Shown here: positions 8,228 through 16,868 of the stretch, in pieces
Layout: each line of letters opens with the position of its first letter
Position numbering within the stretch: the first letter of the stretch is position 1
DNA from: Pyrolobus fumarii 1A
GTDB taxonomy: Archaea; Thermoproteota; Thermoprotei_A; Sulfolobales; Pyrodictiaceae
Assembly (NCBI RefSeq): GCF_000223395.1
Contig: NC_015931.1
Coordinates: forward strand, 510,001 to 542,000
DNA length: 32,000 nt
Direction of reading: 5' to 3'
Notes under the pieces: model-generated
Database searches by the model: none
The model's input: the letters and a program-made list of their open reading frames with translations, nothing else
Told to the model about the DNA's origin: nothing
Program-made: the position numbers and the translations under genes

Positions 8228-9205
8228 ATGATAGCCTTGAGGCGTGCAGCGGTAGTCTCGCACTGGGATGTGGATGGTGTCGCCTCGGCGGCTATCGCGA
8301 AGAGGCTAGGGGCTAGTATAGTGAAGCTTGCGTCTATCACGGCGCTCCCGCGTATGATCGAGGAGGCTGTACAGAGCCTAGAGAAGAGCGGCGGCGACAC
8401 CCTCATAATAGCTGATTTGAACCCGTCGCCTGGCCAAGAGCTGTTGATAGTAACGTCGCTGGACTATGCGCTGAGCCTGGGGGTCCGCATAATCTGGCTT
8501 GATCATCACGAGTGGGAGCAGAGGATTATTGAGGAGCTTCGCGGCATGGGTGTAGACGTGCGCGTTGACACGGGGAGGGTCGCAGCTGAGCTGGTGATGG
8601 AGGCTCTTGGGTGCCGCGACGGCGTATGCATGAGGCTCGTGGAGCTCGCGGTTGATGACGACCGTTTCGTCAACAGTGATAGGCTTGCTGTGAGGTGGAG
8701 GAGGCTTCTACGCTGGTATGGCTGGAGGGTGAGGTACCAGGCTGTTGAGGAGTGGGCTAGGGGCAGGATATGGCCAGAGTGGGCTAGGAGCCTATGGGAG
8801 AAGATGGAGGAGGAGTACGAGAGGCTCATGGAGAAGACTGTGGCGGGCGTCCAGATCCACAAGAGGAATGGGCTGAGCATTGCTACCGTTCGGGTTGCCA
8901 GCGAGAAGTTACACCCGGGCGAGGTGCACGAGAGGCTCCTGGAGAAGGGGGTTGAGGCCGACATCTACGCAATGATATACGAGAATGGCGTTAGCCTACG
9001 CTCCTCGACGGCGCCCCTCGCGTGCATAGCGAGGCTACTAGGGGGAGGTGGTCACGACAACGCCGCGGGTATACCGGGTGGAGAGTGGACACCAGAGTCC
9101 CTCGTGGACGCCCTGCTGGGGGCGCTGGAGCGCTGTGCGAGCGAGAGACCCACCGATGCTATAAGGGCGCGTGCGTCCCTGGCAACCTGGGCGAGGGCGA
9201 GTTGA
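8228..9205 (+). CDS. DHH/DHHA1-family phosphoesterase (RecJ/NrnA-like)
   Basis: Motifs SHWDVDGVAS, IIADLN, WLDHHEW (DHH) and GGGGHDNAAG (DHHA1). Confidence 0.8.
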   Translation: MIALRRAAVVSHWDVDGVASAAIAKRLGASIVKLASITALPRMIEEAVQSLEKSGGDTLIIADLNPSPGQELLIVTSLDYALSLGVRIIWLDHHEWEQRIIEELRGMGVDVRVDTGRVAAELVMEALGCRDGVCMRLVELAVDDDRFVNSDRLAVRWRRLLRWYGWRVRYQAVEEWARGRIWPEWARSLWEKMEEEYERLMEKTVAGVQIHKRNGLSIATVRVASEKLHPGEVHERLLEKGVEADIYAMIYENGVSLRSSTAPLACIARLLGGGGHDNAAGIPGGEWTPESLVDALLGALERCASERPTDAIRARASLATWARAS

Positions 9206-9984
9206 GCCGTATACTAGCTCCGCTCGCCATAGCCCTAGCTTTGATGATATTCGTGACGACGGTTGTCGCTGCAGAAGGCCCGCCTGGGAGCTATGCGCGC
9301 TACGAGTTCATGCTTCGCAACGTGCTTGGCCCCATACCCGGGCACGAGACCACAATCAGGCTTTACGCCGAGGGGGTTCTCGACCTACGCGTCACAGGAG
9401 TGAAGGACAACATGCTAGTTGTGAACTATACTGCAAGCCTCGACAAGTTTAACGTCGAGGGTCTCCCAGGCGGCGAGCAGATGAAGAAGATGCTAGCAGA
9501 GAAGTTCAGCCAGGGTGGCACCCTCCTCATTGACCCGGAGAGATGTGCGACCAGTAGTGCTGGGTCGATTGCACAACCAGAGCAGATGATTACAAGCCTC
9601 GCGTTCTACTGTAACGTTGGGCAGCTCGAGGCTATCGCGGCCAACCTTACGCGCATGGGTCTGGACGCTCGCGTCGAGCGGACCAGCGACACCTATACAC
9701 TGGTCGTCGAGGGGCGCGGGCTGCACGCCAGGATAGTCTATACCTCGACGGGCGTCCTGAAAGAGGCGAGGCTGGCGCTGAATGTCACGCAGGCTGCTAG
9801 CCCGCATGGGCCTGGTATACACGGCGAGGTTGAGATGAGCCTACGTCTCTTGGACACAGATTTCCCGATGCCCGGGCCCGCGGGGCTACCCGTCGATAAC
9901 AAGGAGCTTATCATAGCAGCTGGTGCTGCTGGCGGAGTGGTTGCAGTTGCACTGTGGCTTGTCTGGAGAAAGGGTGGTCGGTAA
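9202..9984 (+). CDS. secreted protein with C-terminal membrane anchor (hypothetical)
   Basis: The TTG at 9202 overlaps the DHH gene's TGA (TTGA). There is an N-terminal signal-like SRILAPLAIALALMIFVTTVVAA|EG and a C-terminal helix LIIAAGAAGGVVAVALWLVW followed by RKGGR. Sequons NYT, NLT and NVT are present. The part of the tracked ORF upstream of 9202 overlaps the DHH gene and is Arg/Gly-rich junk. Confidence 0.6.
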   Translation: MSRILAPLAIALALMIFVTTVVAAEGPPGSYARYEFMLRNVLGPIPGHETTIRLYAEGVLDLRVTGVKDNMLVVNYTASLDKFNVEGLPGGEQMKKMLAEKFSQGGTLLIDPERCATSSAGSIAQPEQMITSLAFYCNVGQLEAIAANLTRMGLDARVERTSDTYTLVVEGRGLHARIVYTSTGVLKEARLALNVTQAASPHGPGIHGEVEMSLRLLDTDFPMPGPAGLPVDNKELIIAAGAAGGVVAVALWLVWRKGGR

Positions 9985-10039
9985 ACCGCGGCTCGCTCAT
10001 CCCTCTGGGGTCGCAGCCGGGCATGAGCAGGGGGTCTCC

Positions 10040-11176
10040 TCACTCCTCTAGTAGGAACCTGCCAGCCTTGTAGATAAGCTCGCCATCGGCATAGACGCGT
10101 GCCTCTGGGTCCCTCATGTCTTTTATCAGGTCCCAGTGGATGGCGCTCTTGTTTCTCGAGCCGGTCTCCGGGTAGCCGTTTCCAAGCGCCATGTGGATGG
10201 TACCCCCTATCTTCTCGTCGAAGAGTATCTCTCGCGTCGCCCTGGTTATGCCATAGTTCAGCCCGAAGGCCAGCTCTCCTAGCCTCTTGGCGCCCTCGTC
10301 CACACTCAGCATCTTAGCGAGGAAGTCGCGGCCCTTGACGGCGTCATACTCTACAACCTCGCCCCTCTTGAAGCACAGCTTGACGCCCTCTACCTCCACG
10401 CCGCGATAGACGCTCGGGAAGTCGAAGCGTACACAGCCCTCCACGCTATCCTCGACGGGGCCCGTGAACACCTCGCCACCCGGCATATTCTCGTGGCCGT
10501 CGTCAACGATCCAGCGGCGGCCACCGACCTTCACGGTTAGGTCGATGCCCGGGCCCTTGAAGACAAGCTCATCAGCCTTCGAGAGGATCTCGTCGACTAT
10601 CCTCCTCTGGTACTCGGCTTGCCTCCTCCACGCGGCGACCGGGTCGTCCTCCGTGACCTTCACTGCTCTTGCCACGAACTCCTCGAACTCGATAGGCGTC
10701 ATGCCAGCCTCCTGGGCCATCGCGAGCGTCGGGTAGGCGGCGAGAACCCACCTCTTCTTGCCCTCAGCGGCCTCCTGGAGGAACCTCGTGAAGTAGGGCT
10801 CGAGGGCCTTGCTCCTCCTAGCCTGCTTCTCCGGCGGGATACTCACAAGATTCTTCAAGTGGCTCGGGGCAAAGAGGGTTATCACGACGTCGAACTCGGT
10901 GTATATGCTGCGGCGGAGGGCGTCAACGAAATCGATCTGCTCGTCGCTAGCCTCGCGGTAGAATATCTCGGCGAGGATATCATCCTCCAGGTATAGTGCG
11001 GGGTGCGCGCCCCTCCTCAGCACCTCGCGGTAGACGAGCCTTGCGAGGGGGAGAGCCTCAAGCCACGTCCTTATAACGACACGGTCGCCGCGCTTAACCT
11101 CGACGCTGTAGTCTACGAGGAGCCGCGCGTACTTCTCGAGATACGCGGGGAATACGATGGACACCGGGCGTTTCAC
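10040..11176 (-). CDS. M29-family aminopeptidase (AmpS/PepS-like)
   Basis: 378 aa. C-terminal GGTIHMALGNGYPETGSRNKSAIHWDLI is characteristic of thermophilic metallo-aminopeptidases. GTG start. Confidence 0.85.
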   Translation of the reverse strand: MKRPVSIVFPAYLEKYARLLVDYSVEVKRGDRVVIRTWLEALPLARLVYREVLRRGAHPALYLEDDILAEIFYREASDEQIDFVDALRRSIYTEFDVVITLFAPSHLKNLVSIPPEKQARRSKALEPYFTRFLQEAAEGKKRWVLAAYPTLAMAQEAGMTPIEFEEFVARAVKVTEDDPVAAWRRQAEYQRRIVDEILSKADELVFKGPGIDLTVKVGGRRWIVDDGHENMPGGEVFTGPVEDSVEGCVRFDFPSVYRGVEVEGVKLCFKRGEVVEYDAVKGRDFLAKMLSVDEGAKRLGELAFGLNYGITRATREILFDEKIGGTIHMALGNGYPETGSRNKSAIHWDLIKDMRDPEARVYADGELIYKAGRFLLEE

Positions 11177-11203
11177 CGTCCCACGCTTTAACGCCTGGAG
11201 GGT

Positions 11204-12400
11204 TTAACCGGTAGCCTCGCCCGAGACACTCCTACACACCGGGAGCTGGTCTGGATCGGACGGCGCTAGGAGGAGGAGACGGTTTAGAAGCTGCTCTAGC
11301 GGGTCGCCCGGCGCGAACCTAACGGGCGTTCTAAGCTCGACCACGCGGGGGGACGGCAGCTGCTCGATGAGGACGCGGAGCCAGTACCTGCCGCTACCCT
11401 CGTAGCCGTGCACCGTCGTCACGGCTATCGTGTTTCTCGCGCGCCCAGCGAGCCTACGTACACGGGCAGGGCCTACAGCCGCAGCCTCCTCTATCACGAC
11501 TAGCGGGGCTGGCTCGGCTCTCCACGGCTCAAGGTAGCGGACGCGGAACCACGCGCCCTTCAACCCATGGTAGAGTCTGCCAGGCCCCCACGCCTTGAAC
11601 CGGATACGCGCCGCCCTCAACCCCCTAGCCAGCCACGAGAAGAGCGTCTGTACGCTAGCCTCGCTAGGCCCCGTGACGACAACATCGCCGACGAGCTTCT
11701 CGGCTATCAACGCGGCCAGTGCGAGCCCCACAGCAGCGCTCTTGCCGCGTCCCCGGTCGCCCGTCACCAGCAGCACGCCGGCCTCGTAGCTCTTGACTAG
11801 ACGCCTAGCCTCCTCCACAACCCTAACCTGATCCTCGCAGCACAGGAGCCTCGCTAGCCACCCAGGTATGCCGCCCCGCGGCTCGACACCACTCCACCAG
11901 CGTGAGGGGCCACTCTCTATACGCGTGGTGGACACGCGACCCGAGCCTAACTCGATTACCACCCGGTTGATGCTCATCCGCTCGATGTGTCTACGGAGCC
12001 TCTCTGCGAAGAGACCGAGGGACTCTGGTGCGGAGAACCCGTTCCACCCGTGAGAGGCGAGTATGAGTACGCCACCGCCCCTAACCATCTCCGCTGCGGC
12101 GGCCAGCGTGTTAGCCTGCAGACCCTCAAACGCGTCAATGACAACGACATCGTGCTCCTCTCCCAGCCTCTCGTGCAAGTGGCCCACAAAGACCATGTCC
12201 CAGCCTCTTAGCAGCTGCCTCGCGGTGTCAACGCCACGCCCCGGCCAGTAGACAAGAAGCGAGTCGCGAGCCTCAACACGGGACACCACACTATAGACGT
12301 CGCCAGGCTCGCCGAGGATAACCGCAAGGCCACGGTAGCCGCCGCCACGCAAGCCACCCACTAGAGCCTCCAGGGCCTCGATGGCACGCTTTGCCTCCAA
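11204..12400 (-). CDS. TmcA/Nat10-like ATPase (DUF1726 + RecD-like helicase module) lacking the GNAT acetyltransferase domain
   Basis: The sequence matches E. coli TmcA, as recalled from memory, from the N-terminus through the helicase module: GDRGRGKSAAVG (Walker A), VVVTGPSEAS, LVVIEEAAAV, TVHGYEGSGRYW and PVRFAPGDPLEQLL. The ORF then ends. The next gene, the aminopeptidase, starts 27 nt downstream. Confidence 0.75.
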   Translation of the reverse strand: MEAKRAIEALEALVGGLRGGGYRGLAVILGEPGDVYSVVSRVEARDSLLVYWPGRGVDTARQLLRGWDMVFVGHLHERLGEEHDVVVIDAFEGLQANTLAAAAEMVRGGGVLILASHGWNGFSAPESLGLFAERLRRHIERMSINRVVIELGSGRVSTTRIESGPSRWWSGVEPRGGIPGWLARLLCCEDQVRVVEEARRLVKSYEAGVLLVTGDRGRGKSAAVGLALAALIAEKLVGDVVVTGPSEASVQTLFSWLARGLRAARIRFKAWGPGRLYHGLKGAWFRVRYLEPWRAEPAPLVVIEEAAAVGPARVRRLAGRARNTIAVTTVHGYEGSGRYWLRVLIEQLPSPRVVELRTPVRFAPGDPLEQLLNRLLLLAPSDPDQLPVCRSVSGEATG

Positions 12401-12709
12401 TCCTCAAACCCAGTATTGGAGGCCCTCCACTCTCTCCTAGAGGCTGATCGGCTACGACGTCCTTACTATCTCCGTGTATTGGCTTGATAAGGGGCGTATG
12501 CACGCCTCTCTGCAAAACTGGATACGTTCATAGCCGCAATGCGCTTGACACTATGATAGACTCCTAGGGGCTTCAACGTCCACTTGCCTCAGCATAGCGG
12601 ATACGCTCAGTTTGTATTGTGCTGGGTGGGAGAATGTTGTTGGTACGAACAGCTCATGGGTGAGTGCTTTGAAGATTTGCCGGAGGGGTTAACCCTGGGG
12701 GCCGGGAGC

Positions 12710-12730
12710 GATATAGTGGATATAGTGGAT
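12710..12730 (+). repeat. tandem 9-bp repeat GATATAGTG x2 (+GAT) in the vapBC-2 promoter
   Basis: gatatagtg gatatagtg gat lies 26-46 nt upstream of the TTG start at 12756. It contains TATA-like atatag twice. GGAGGTG (12740-12746) follows as a Shine-Dalgarno sequence. Confidence 0.5.
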
Positions 12731-12755
12731 GCCTATCTAGGAGGTGTGACTCATA

Positions 12756-12980
12756 TTGTCTGTTGTGATTAGCGTGCGTATACCAAGATGGGTTAAAGAG
12801 ATTCTCGAGAGGCACGGAGTTGACGTATCAGAGCTTGTGCAGAGGGTGCTGATAGAGAAAGCTGAGAGGCTTGAAGAAGAGGAGCTTGCTAGACTCCTAG
12901 ATGAAGTTAGAGCGAGACTGTCGGGAAGGGTGGACGTAGCTGAACTCGTGAGACTGATAGATGAGGAGAGGAAGCGTTGA
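12756..12980 (+). CDS. vapB: VapB-type antitoxin (RHH-like)
   Basis: The 74-aa product VISVRIPRWVKEILERHGVDVSELV... belongs to the same family as 2934-3170. TTG start with a strong SD. It overlaps the PIN gene by 4 nt (TTGA). Confidence 0.75.
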   Translation: MSVVISVRIPRWVKEILERHGVDVSELVQRVLIEKAERLEEEELARLLDEVRARLSGRVDVAELVRLIDEERKR

Positions 12981-13405
12981 AGATACTGCTCGATGCTAGC
13001 GTCTATGCTCCTCTCGTTATCCTCGCTGGCTCTCGTCTCCTCAGGATAGCGGACAGGCTGGCGATTCTTGACCTCACGGTATATGAGGTCTGCAACGCCT
13101 TCTGGAAGGAGGCTAGAAAGCTGCACAGAATAAGCACTGACGACGCTATTGTCGCGTGCAAAGCGGCCTACAAGGCGTCAAAGAGGATAACGGTAATCGG
13201 TTTGGACGATAGCATCGTTGAAGTGGCTATGCGGATAGCAGCCGAACAGAACATTACATTCTATGATGCGAGCTACATAGCCGCGTCCATCAAACTCGGG
13301 CTACACTTGGCCAGCGAGGACAAGGATATACTAAAAGCGGGTCCACGATACGGCCTTACACCCTTGCGTCTACAGGATGTAACGCTGCTCTTGGAACGTA
13401 GCTAG
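12977..13405 (+). CDS. vapC: PIN-domain toxin VapC
   Basis: MKILLDASVY..., YEVCNA, FYDASYIAAS and ASEDKD give the four PIN acidic positions. Confidence 0.85.
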   Translation: MKILLDASVYAPLVILAGSRLLRIADRLAILDLTVYEVCNAFWKEARKLHRISTDDAIVACKAAYKASKRITVIGLDDSIVEVAMRIAAEQNITFYDASYIAASIKLGLHLASEDKDILKAGPRYGLTPLRLQDVTLLLERS

Positions 13406-13501
13406 GCCCGTCCATACCACGGATGGTAGAACGCCTCACACGTCGTTTCTACACACTTAGTCTAGAACGTGTGCTGTAGCGGCGGCCTAACGACGAGCCT
13501 C

Positions 13502-14266
13502 CTAGCCAGCGTATACCCTCACGGCGTCGCGCTCGGTGAATATCCCGGCGAGGGTACCACCCTCCACCAGGATAACCGCGCCCACGTTGGACCTGAGCAC
13601 CTCCTCAGCCGCCTTGTAGACCGGTGTCCAGAGGTCGACTGTAACAGCGGGCTTCATGACCCTACCAACCTGCTCGTAGAGCATCTTTGGGTTAGCCACT
13701 AGAGCCTCCATCAACATATGCACTGTTGTGATCCCGGCGAGCGCGCCCCTAGCCAGCACCGGCAGCCTGCGGAACCCGCCCTCAACTATCACCCCAAGAG
13801 CTTCCATTATCGTCGCCTCGTACTCCACGTACACCAGGCGCCGGGTCGCGTGGCGGTAGACGGGGTCGCGCCTACCCTCCTCCACGAGAGCACGCACCAC
13901 GTCCGGCTCGCATATCGCGCGTGTAACGACATCATCCTTTACTACCGGGAGGCAGCCTATACGGTGAGAGTGCATTATCCTAGCAGCGTCCCTCATCGAC
14001 ACTCCCTCCTCGACGACGATAACTGGGCGCGTAGCTAGCCTCGACACCCTCTCCTCGAAGAACCTCCTCACCGCGTCAACCCTCTCGACGTCACCCGCCG
14101 CCTCGAGCTTCTCCATGAAGCTCCTTGCGGCATCCACGACAGACAGTATACCCTCTACACGCTCGCCACTCGTGACAAGCACATGGTACAACCCATACTC
14201 TCTCATGACGCGTATAGCGTCGGCTATGCGGGCATCCGCCTCGACAGCTGGAAGCATACGCCCCAA
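13502..14266 (-). CDS. CBS-domain protein (tandem CBS pairs)
   Basis: 254 aa with four repeats of the CBS pattern (e.g. IADAIRVMREYGLYHVLV, MRDAARIMHSHRIGCLPVV, IMEALGVIVEGGFRRLPVL, VYKAAEEVLRSNVGAVILV). Start is TTG 14266 or ATG 14257. Confidence 0.8.
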   Translation of the reverse strand: MGRMLPAVEADARIADAIRVMREYGLYHVLVTSGERVEGILSVVDAARSFMEKLEAAGDVERVDAVRRFFEERVSRLATRPVIVVEEGVSMRDAARIMHSHRIGCLPVVKDDVVTRAICEPDVVRALVEEGRRDPVYRHATRRLVYVEYEATIMEALGVIVEGGFRRLPVLARGALAGITTVHMLMEALVANPKMLYEQVGRVMKPAVTVDLWTPVYKAAEEVLRSNVGAVILVEGGTLAGIFTERDAVRVYAG

Positions 14267-14303
14267 CCTAGGCGAGCACCGTTATAGATGACGATTAATG
14301 GGG

Positions 14304-14335
14304 TATAAAGGTGGCTGGTGTACCGGTATACCGGT
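14304..14335 (+). promoter_or_regulatory. TATA box plus 14-bp perfect palindrome (candidate VapB operator)
   Basis: tataaa at 14304-14309. The perfect palindrome accggtataccggt at 14322-14335 sits where the transcription start would be expected, 14 nt before the GTG at 14349. Confidence 0.45.
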
Positions 14336-14348
14336 GCAGGTGGTATAC

Positions 14349-14555
14349 GTGACAGAGGTTACTACGATAAAGGTGTCGAAGAATACCCTACGCGGGCTTG
14401 AGAGGCTCAAGAGGATCATGGGAGCATCCAGCTACGACGAGGTTATACGCGAGTTGATACGCGAGTACCGTGCCTCGAGACTATCGAGACTCATGGGCAG
14501 GAGGCCTGGCCTATCACCGCTGAGAGAGGAGGAGAGGCTTGACGCACGCGACTAG
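14349..14555 (+). CDS. vapB: VapB-type antitoxin (COG1753-like, 'KVSKNTLRGLERLK...SYDEVIRELI')
   Basis: The GTG at 14349 is preceded by caGGTGG. The sequence pattern matches the small archaeal antitoxin family paired with PIN genes. The tracked start at 14298 adds 17 unlikely codons that overlap the promoter. Confidence 0.7.
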   Translation: MTEVTTIKVSKNTLRGLERLKRIMGASSYDEVIRELIREYRASRLSRLMGRRPGLSPLREEERLDARD

Positions 14556-14961
14556 AGTTGTTGTCGACACGTACGCGTGGGTCGAGGTGCTAAGGGGTAG
14601 TAGGGAGGGTCGTAAAGCGCTTGAAGTGATAGGCGCTGCTCAGGAGGTTTACACCCCTAGCATCGTGCTTGTTGAGCTTGCAGCGAAGCTCGCTAGAGAG
14701 GGCGCCAGCGAAGAAGAGATACACGATACGCTCAGAGAGATTCTCGAGGCTAGCGACCTTGTCGAGATAACGCCCCGCTTGGCTGTCGAGGCTGCAAAGT
14801 GCAGGAGAATTCTAGAGGAGCATGCGAAGAGGCGCGGGTTGAGAAGCAAACCGAGCTTAGCAGATGCGATCATACTAGCTGCGGCGAGGATGCTGGGCGC
14901 CAAGGTGTTAACCGGTGATAAACACTTCGAGGGGCTCCCAGAGACTATTTGGCTCGGGTGA
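14539..14961 (+). CDS. vapC: PIN-domain toxin VapC
   Basis: VVVDTYAWVEVL, LVELAAKL, LADAIILAAA and LTGDKHF. It overlaps the antitoxin by 17 nt. Confidence 0.85.
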   Translation: MTHATRVVVDTYAWVEVLRGSREGRKALEVIGAAQEVYTPSIVLVELAAKLAREGASEEEIHDTLREILEASDLVEITPRLAVEAAKCRRILEEHAKRRGLRSKPSLADAIILAAARMLGAKVLTGDKHFEGLPETIWLG

Positions 14962-14973
14962 GTGGCGGGGAGC

Positions 14974-15312
14974 CTAGCTGCTCTCCTCGCTGCTAGCTAG
15001 CACCTTTACCAACGCCTCTATGACCGTGTCGCGGTCGACCTCATAGATACGCACGCGTTTCGTGGTGTCCCTAGTGCCGTACACCACCTCGACCCTAGAG
15101 GTTGGGATGTTTAGCAGCTGAGCAAGGTACCTCACTAGGTCTGCATTGGGCCTCCCAGCCACATCTGGTTCTACCGTGTGGAACACTAGGTCGTCTCCCT
15201 CGAGTACCAGCTTGGACTCGCGTTGCTCCGGCTTAACATACACTATGATGTCTACGTAGCCGGGGCCGTCATACACGTGCTTCTCGAGTATACTCCGGAT
15301 CTTCTCCTCCAT
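14974..15312 (-). CDS. DUF167 (YggU) family protein
   Basis: IIVYVKPEQRESKLV...GRPNADLVRYLAQLLNIPTSRVEVVYGTRDTTKRVRI matches the DUF167 pattern (..GKAN..L...LA..L.v....v.iv.G..sr.K.v.I). I prefer ATG 15312 (MEEKIRS) over the tracked 15387. Confidence 0.7.
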   Translation of the reverse strand: MEEKIRSILEKHVYDGPGYVDIIVYVKPEQRESKLVLEGDDLVFHTVEPDVAGRPNADLVRYLAQLLNIPTSRVEVVYGTRDTTKRVRIYEVDRDTVIEALVKVLASSEESS

Positions 15313-15399
15313 GCTCAAGCCCGGTCCCCTCTCTTGGAGACAGGACCCGGATTGGTTAAGTGTATGTGGGGCTCGGCCTGGCGGCAATAGGCGGGAAGC

Positions 15400-16122
15400 G
15401 TGGACACGTCACACACATCTTGGCTTCTGGCCGCGCTCCTCCAGGGGCTTCTAGAGTGGCTCCCCGTGAGTAGCAGTGGTGTTCTAGTGCTCCTCGGCCT
15501 ACCCTACCGGGAGGTTCTCGCCATACACCTTGCTACGAGCCTAGGCGGCCTGGTATACCTCGCGGCTAGGAGGAGTAAGCGGCTTCCAAGGCTGCTGATA
15601 GGATGGGGTCTCCTGCCGCTGGTGGCCGGCGCGCCAATAGCACTGATACTCGAGGATACCGCGGCCAGCCTCCCGCCAAGCACGCTAGAGACACTCACGC
15701 TTACACTCTACACTGTGACCCTCCTCGCCCTCCTAGCCCGTATAGCGGCTCGCACGAAGCACTCCAAGCCACGCATGGCGGATAGGCTCGTACTGGGTGT
15801 ATTCGAGGGCCTGGCTGTTCTACCCGGCGTCTCGAGGAGTGGCGTCACTGCGGCCTACCTCGCCGCTCGCGGCCTAGACCCCAGGATAGTCACGGACGCC
15901 GTGATAGCGTCTGGTGTCGTGGCTGGGGGCGCGGCGGGACTCTACGAGTTGCTAGCTCACGGGGCGGCAATGGACCCAATAATGTTCACTGTGACCCTCC
16001 TAGCGTCGATCGCCTCGGCATGGATCCTAAGCAGCATAGGCGAGAGGAGTGCAACGCTATTATCCATAGTGATAGTGGCTGGTATACTCGCGAGCATGGC
16101 GGCGCACCTGCTCCTAGTATAA
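15400..16122 (+). CDS. uppP: undecaprenyl/dolichyl-diphosphate phosphatase (BacA/UppP family)
   Basis: Polytopic membrane protein carrying the two family motifs EWLPVSSSG and PGVSRSG. Confidence 0.8.
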   Translation: MDTSHTSWLLAALLQGLLEWLPVSSSGVLVLLGLPYREVLAIHLATSLGGLVYLAARRSKRLPRLLIGWGLLPLVAGAPIALILEDTAASLPPSTLETLTLTLYTVTLLALLARIAARTKHSKPRMADRLVLGVFEGLAVLPGVSRSGVTAAYLAARGLDPRIVTDAVIASGVVAGGAAGLYELLAHGAAMDPIMFTVTLLASIASAWILSSIGERSATLLSIVIVAGILASMAAHLLLV

Positions 16123-16361
16123 GTGTCTCGCTGAACAGATCCGTTCACTCCCATTAAAGAACCAGTGGGGCAAGGGCTCCACCTAGACGATGTACGCGAG
16201 GTGCGCGTCATGCTAGCCGAGTTTGTTGAGTGCACGGTCCTCGCAATCGACACGCACGAGGAGACTGGCGACGCCGTCGTCCTCCTTGACTGTGGTACTT
16301 GTAGCCCAGCAGCATGGAAGAATTGAGGTAGGAGCGGCGCCGTACAAGACACCCCGGTGGT

Positions 16362-16868
16362 TTGTTGCAGAGCCTCATAGAGCAAGTGGAGAGTGTGGCC
16401 CGTAAAGCCGGTCTACGCGTCGAGGAGCCCCGGGGAGTCGCGCCACCCCCGGGCATGGAATGGGTGCGCGACATTATAGCCGAGGGGCCTGGTATCCGCG
16501 TGGTTGTGCGCGTAGCGGGCTCCGAGAGGGATAGGCGTCTAGTGCTCATAATGCCTATTGGCTTCTCCGAGGTGCACATGAGGCTCATTCAGGGGCTGCC
16601 CCTCGAGGAGAGGATGGCGCTTCTTGCTAGGCTGCTACGCGAGGTTATACACGTCTGCCCGTATTGCCGTGTTGGCGTAGGCGGGGCGCCTACAACACCC
16701 CAGGGCATTATAGCCGAGATACACTATGTGGATGGCGTGCCTGACTCGCAACGCCTACTAGACGACATAACGAGGCTGATAAGCGTCTTCATGGCTGTCA
16801 ACACGGTCCTTTGGGAGAGGTTCCCGGGTACCATGCCAGGCCACGAGAAGCCCCAGCTCTACACTTGA
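16362..16868 (+). CDS. hypothetical protein
   Basis: 168-aa ORF with TTG start after GGTGG and ordinary codon/amino-acid composition. It contains CPYC. I recognise no family. Confidence 0.5.
   Translation: MLQSLIEQVESVARKAGLRVEEPRGVAPPPGMEWVRDIIAEGPGIRVVVRVAGSERDRRLVLIMPIGFSEVHMRLIQGLPLEERMALLARLLREVIHVCPYCRVGVGGAPTTPQGIIAEIHYVDGVPDSQRLLDDITRLISVFMAVNTVLWERFPGTMPGHEKPQLYT

Noticed and set aside
9022-9201. N-terminal 60 codons of the tracked 320-aa ORF
   Set aside because: They overlap the 3' end of the DHH gene out of frame and are Arg/Gly-rich. A TTG at 9202, overlapping the DHH stop, gives a proper signal peptide instead.
12710-12730. CRISPR-like repeat
   Set aside because: There are only two 9-bp units in direct tandem with no spacers. 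This is a promoter-region duplication, not a CRISPR array. I saw no 24-37 bp interspaced repeats anywhere in the window.
12584-12772. 62-aa Cys/Trp-rich small ORF (MPQHSGYAQFVLCWVGECCWYEQ...)
   Set aside because: It runs through the vapBC-2 promoter, SD and start, and has no start context of its own. It is most likely a chance frame. It would be worth revisiting only if conserved in relatives.
15957-16588. Minus-strand ORFs of 142 and 126 aa spanning the uppP 3' end and the next gene's 5' end
   Set aside because: Both are antisense to better-supported plus-strand genes, are Ser/Thr/Arg-rich, and bridge an intergenic region without any recognisable motif.
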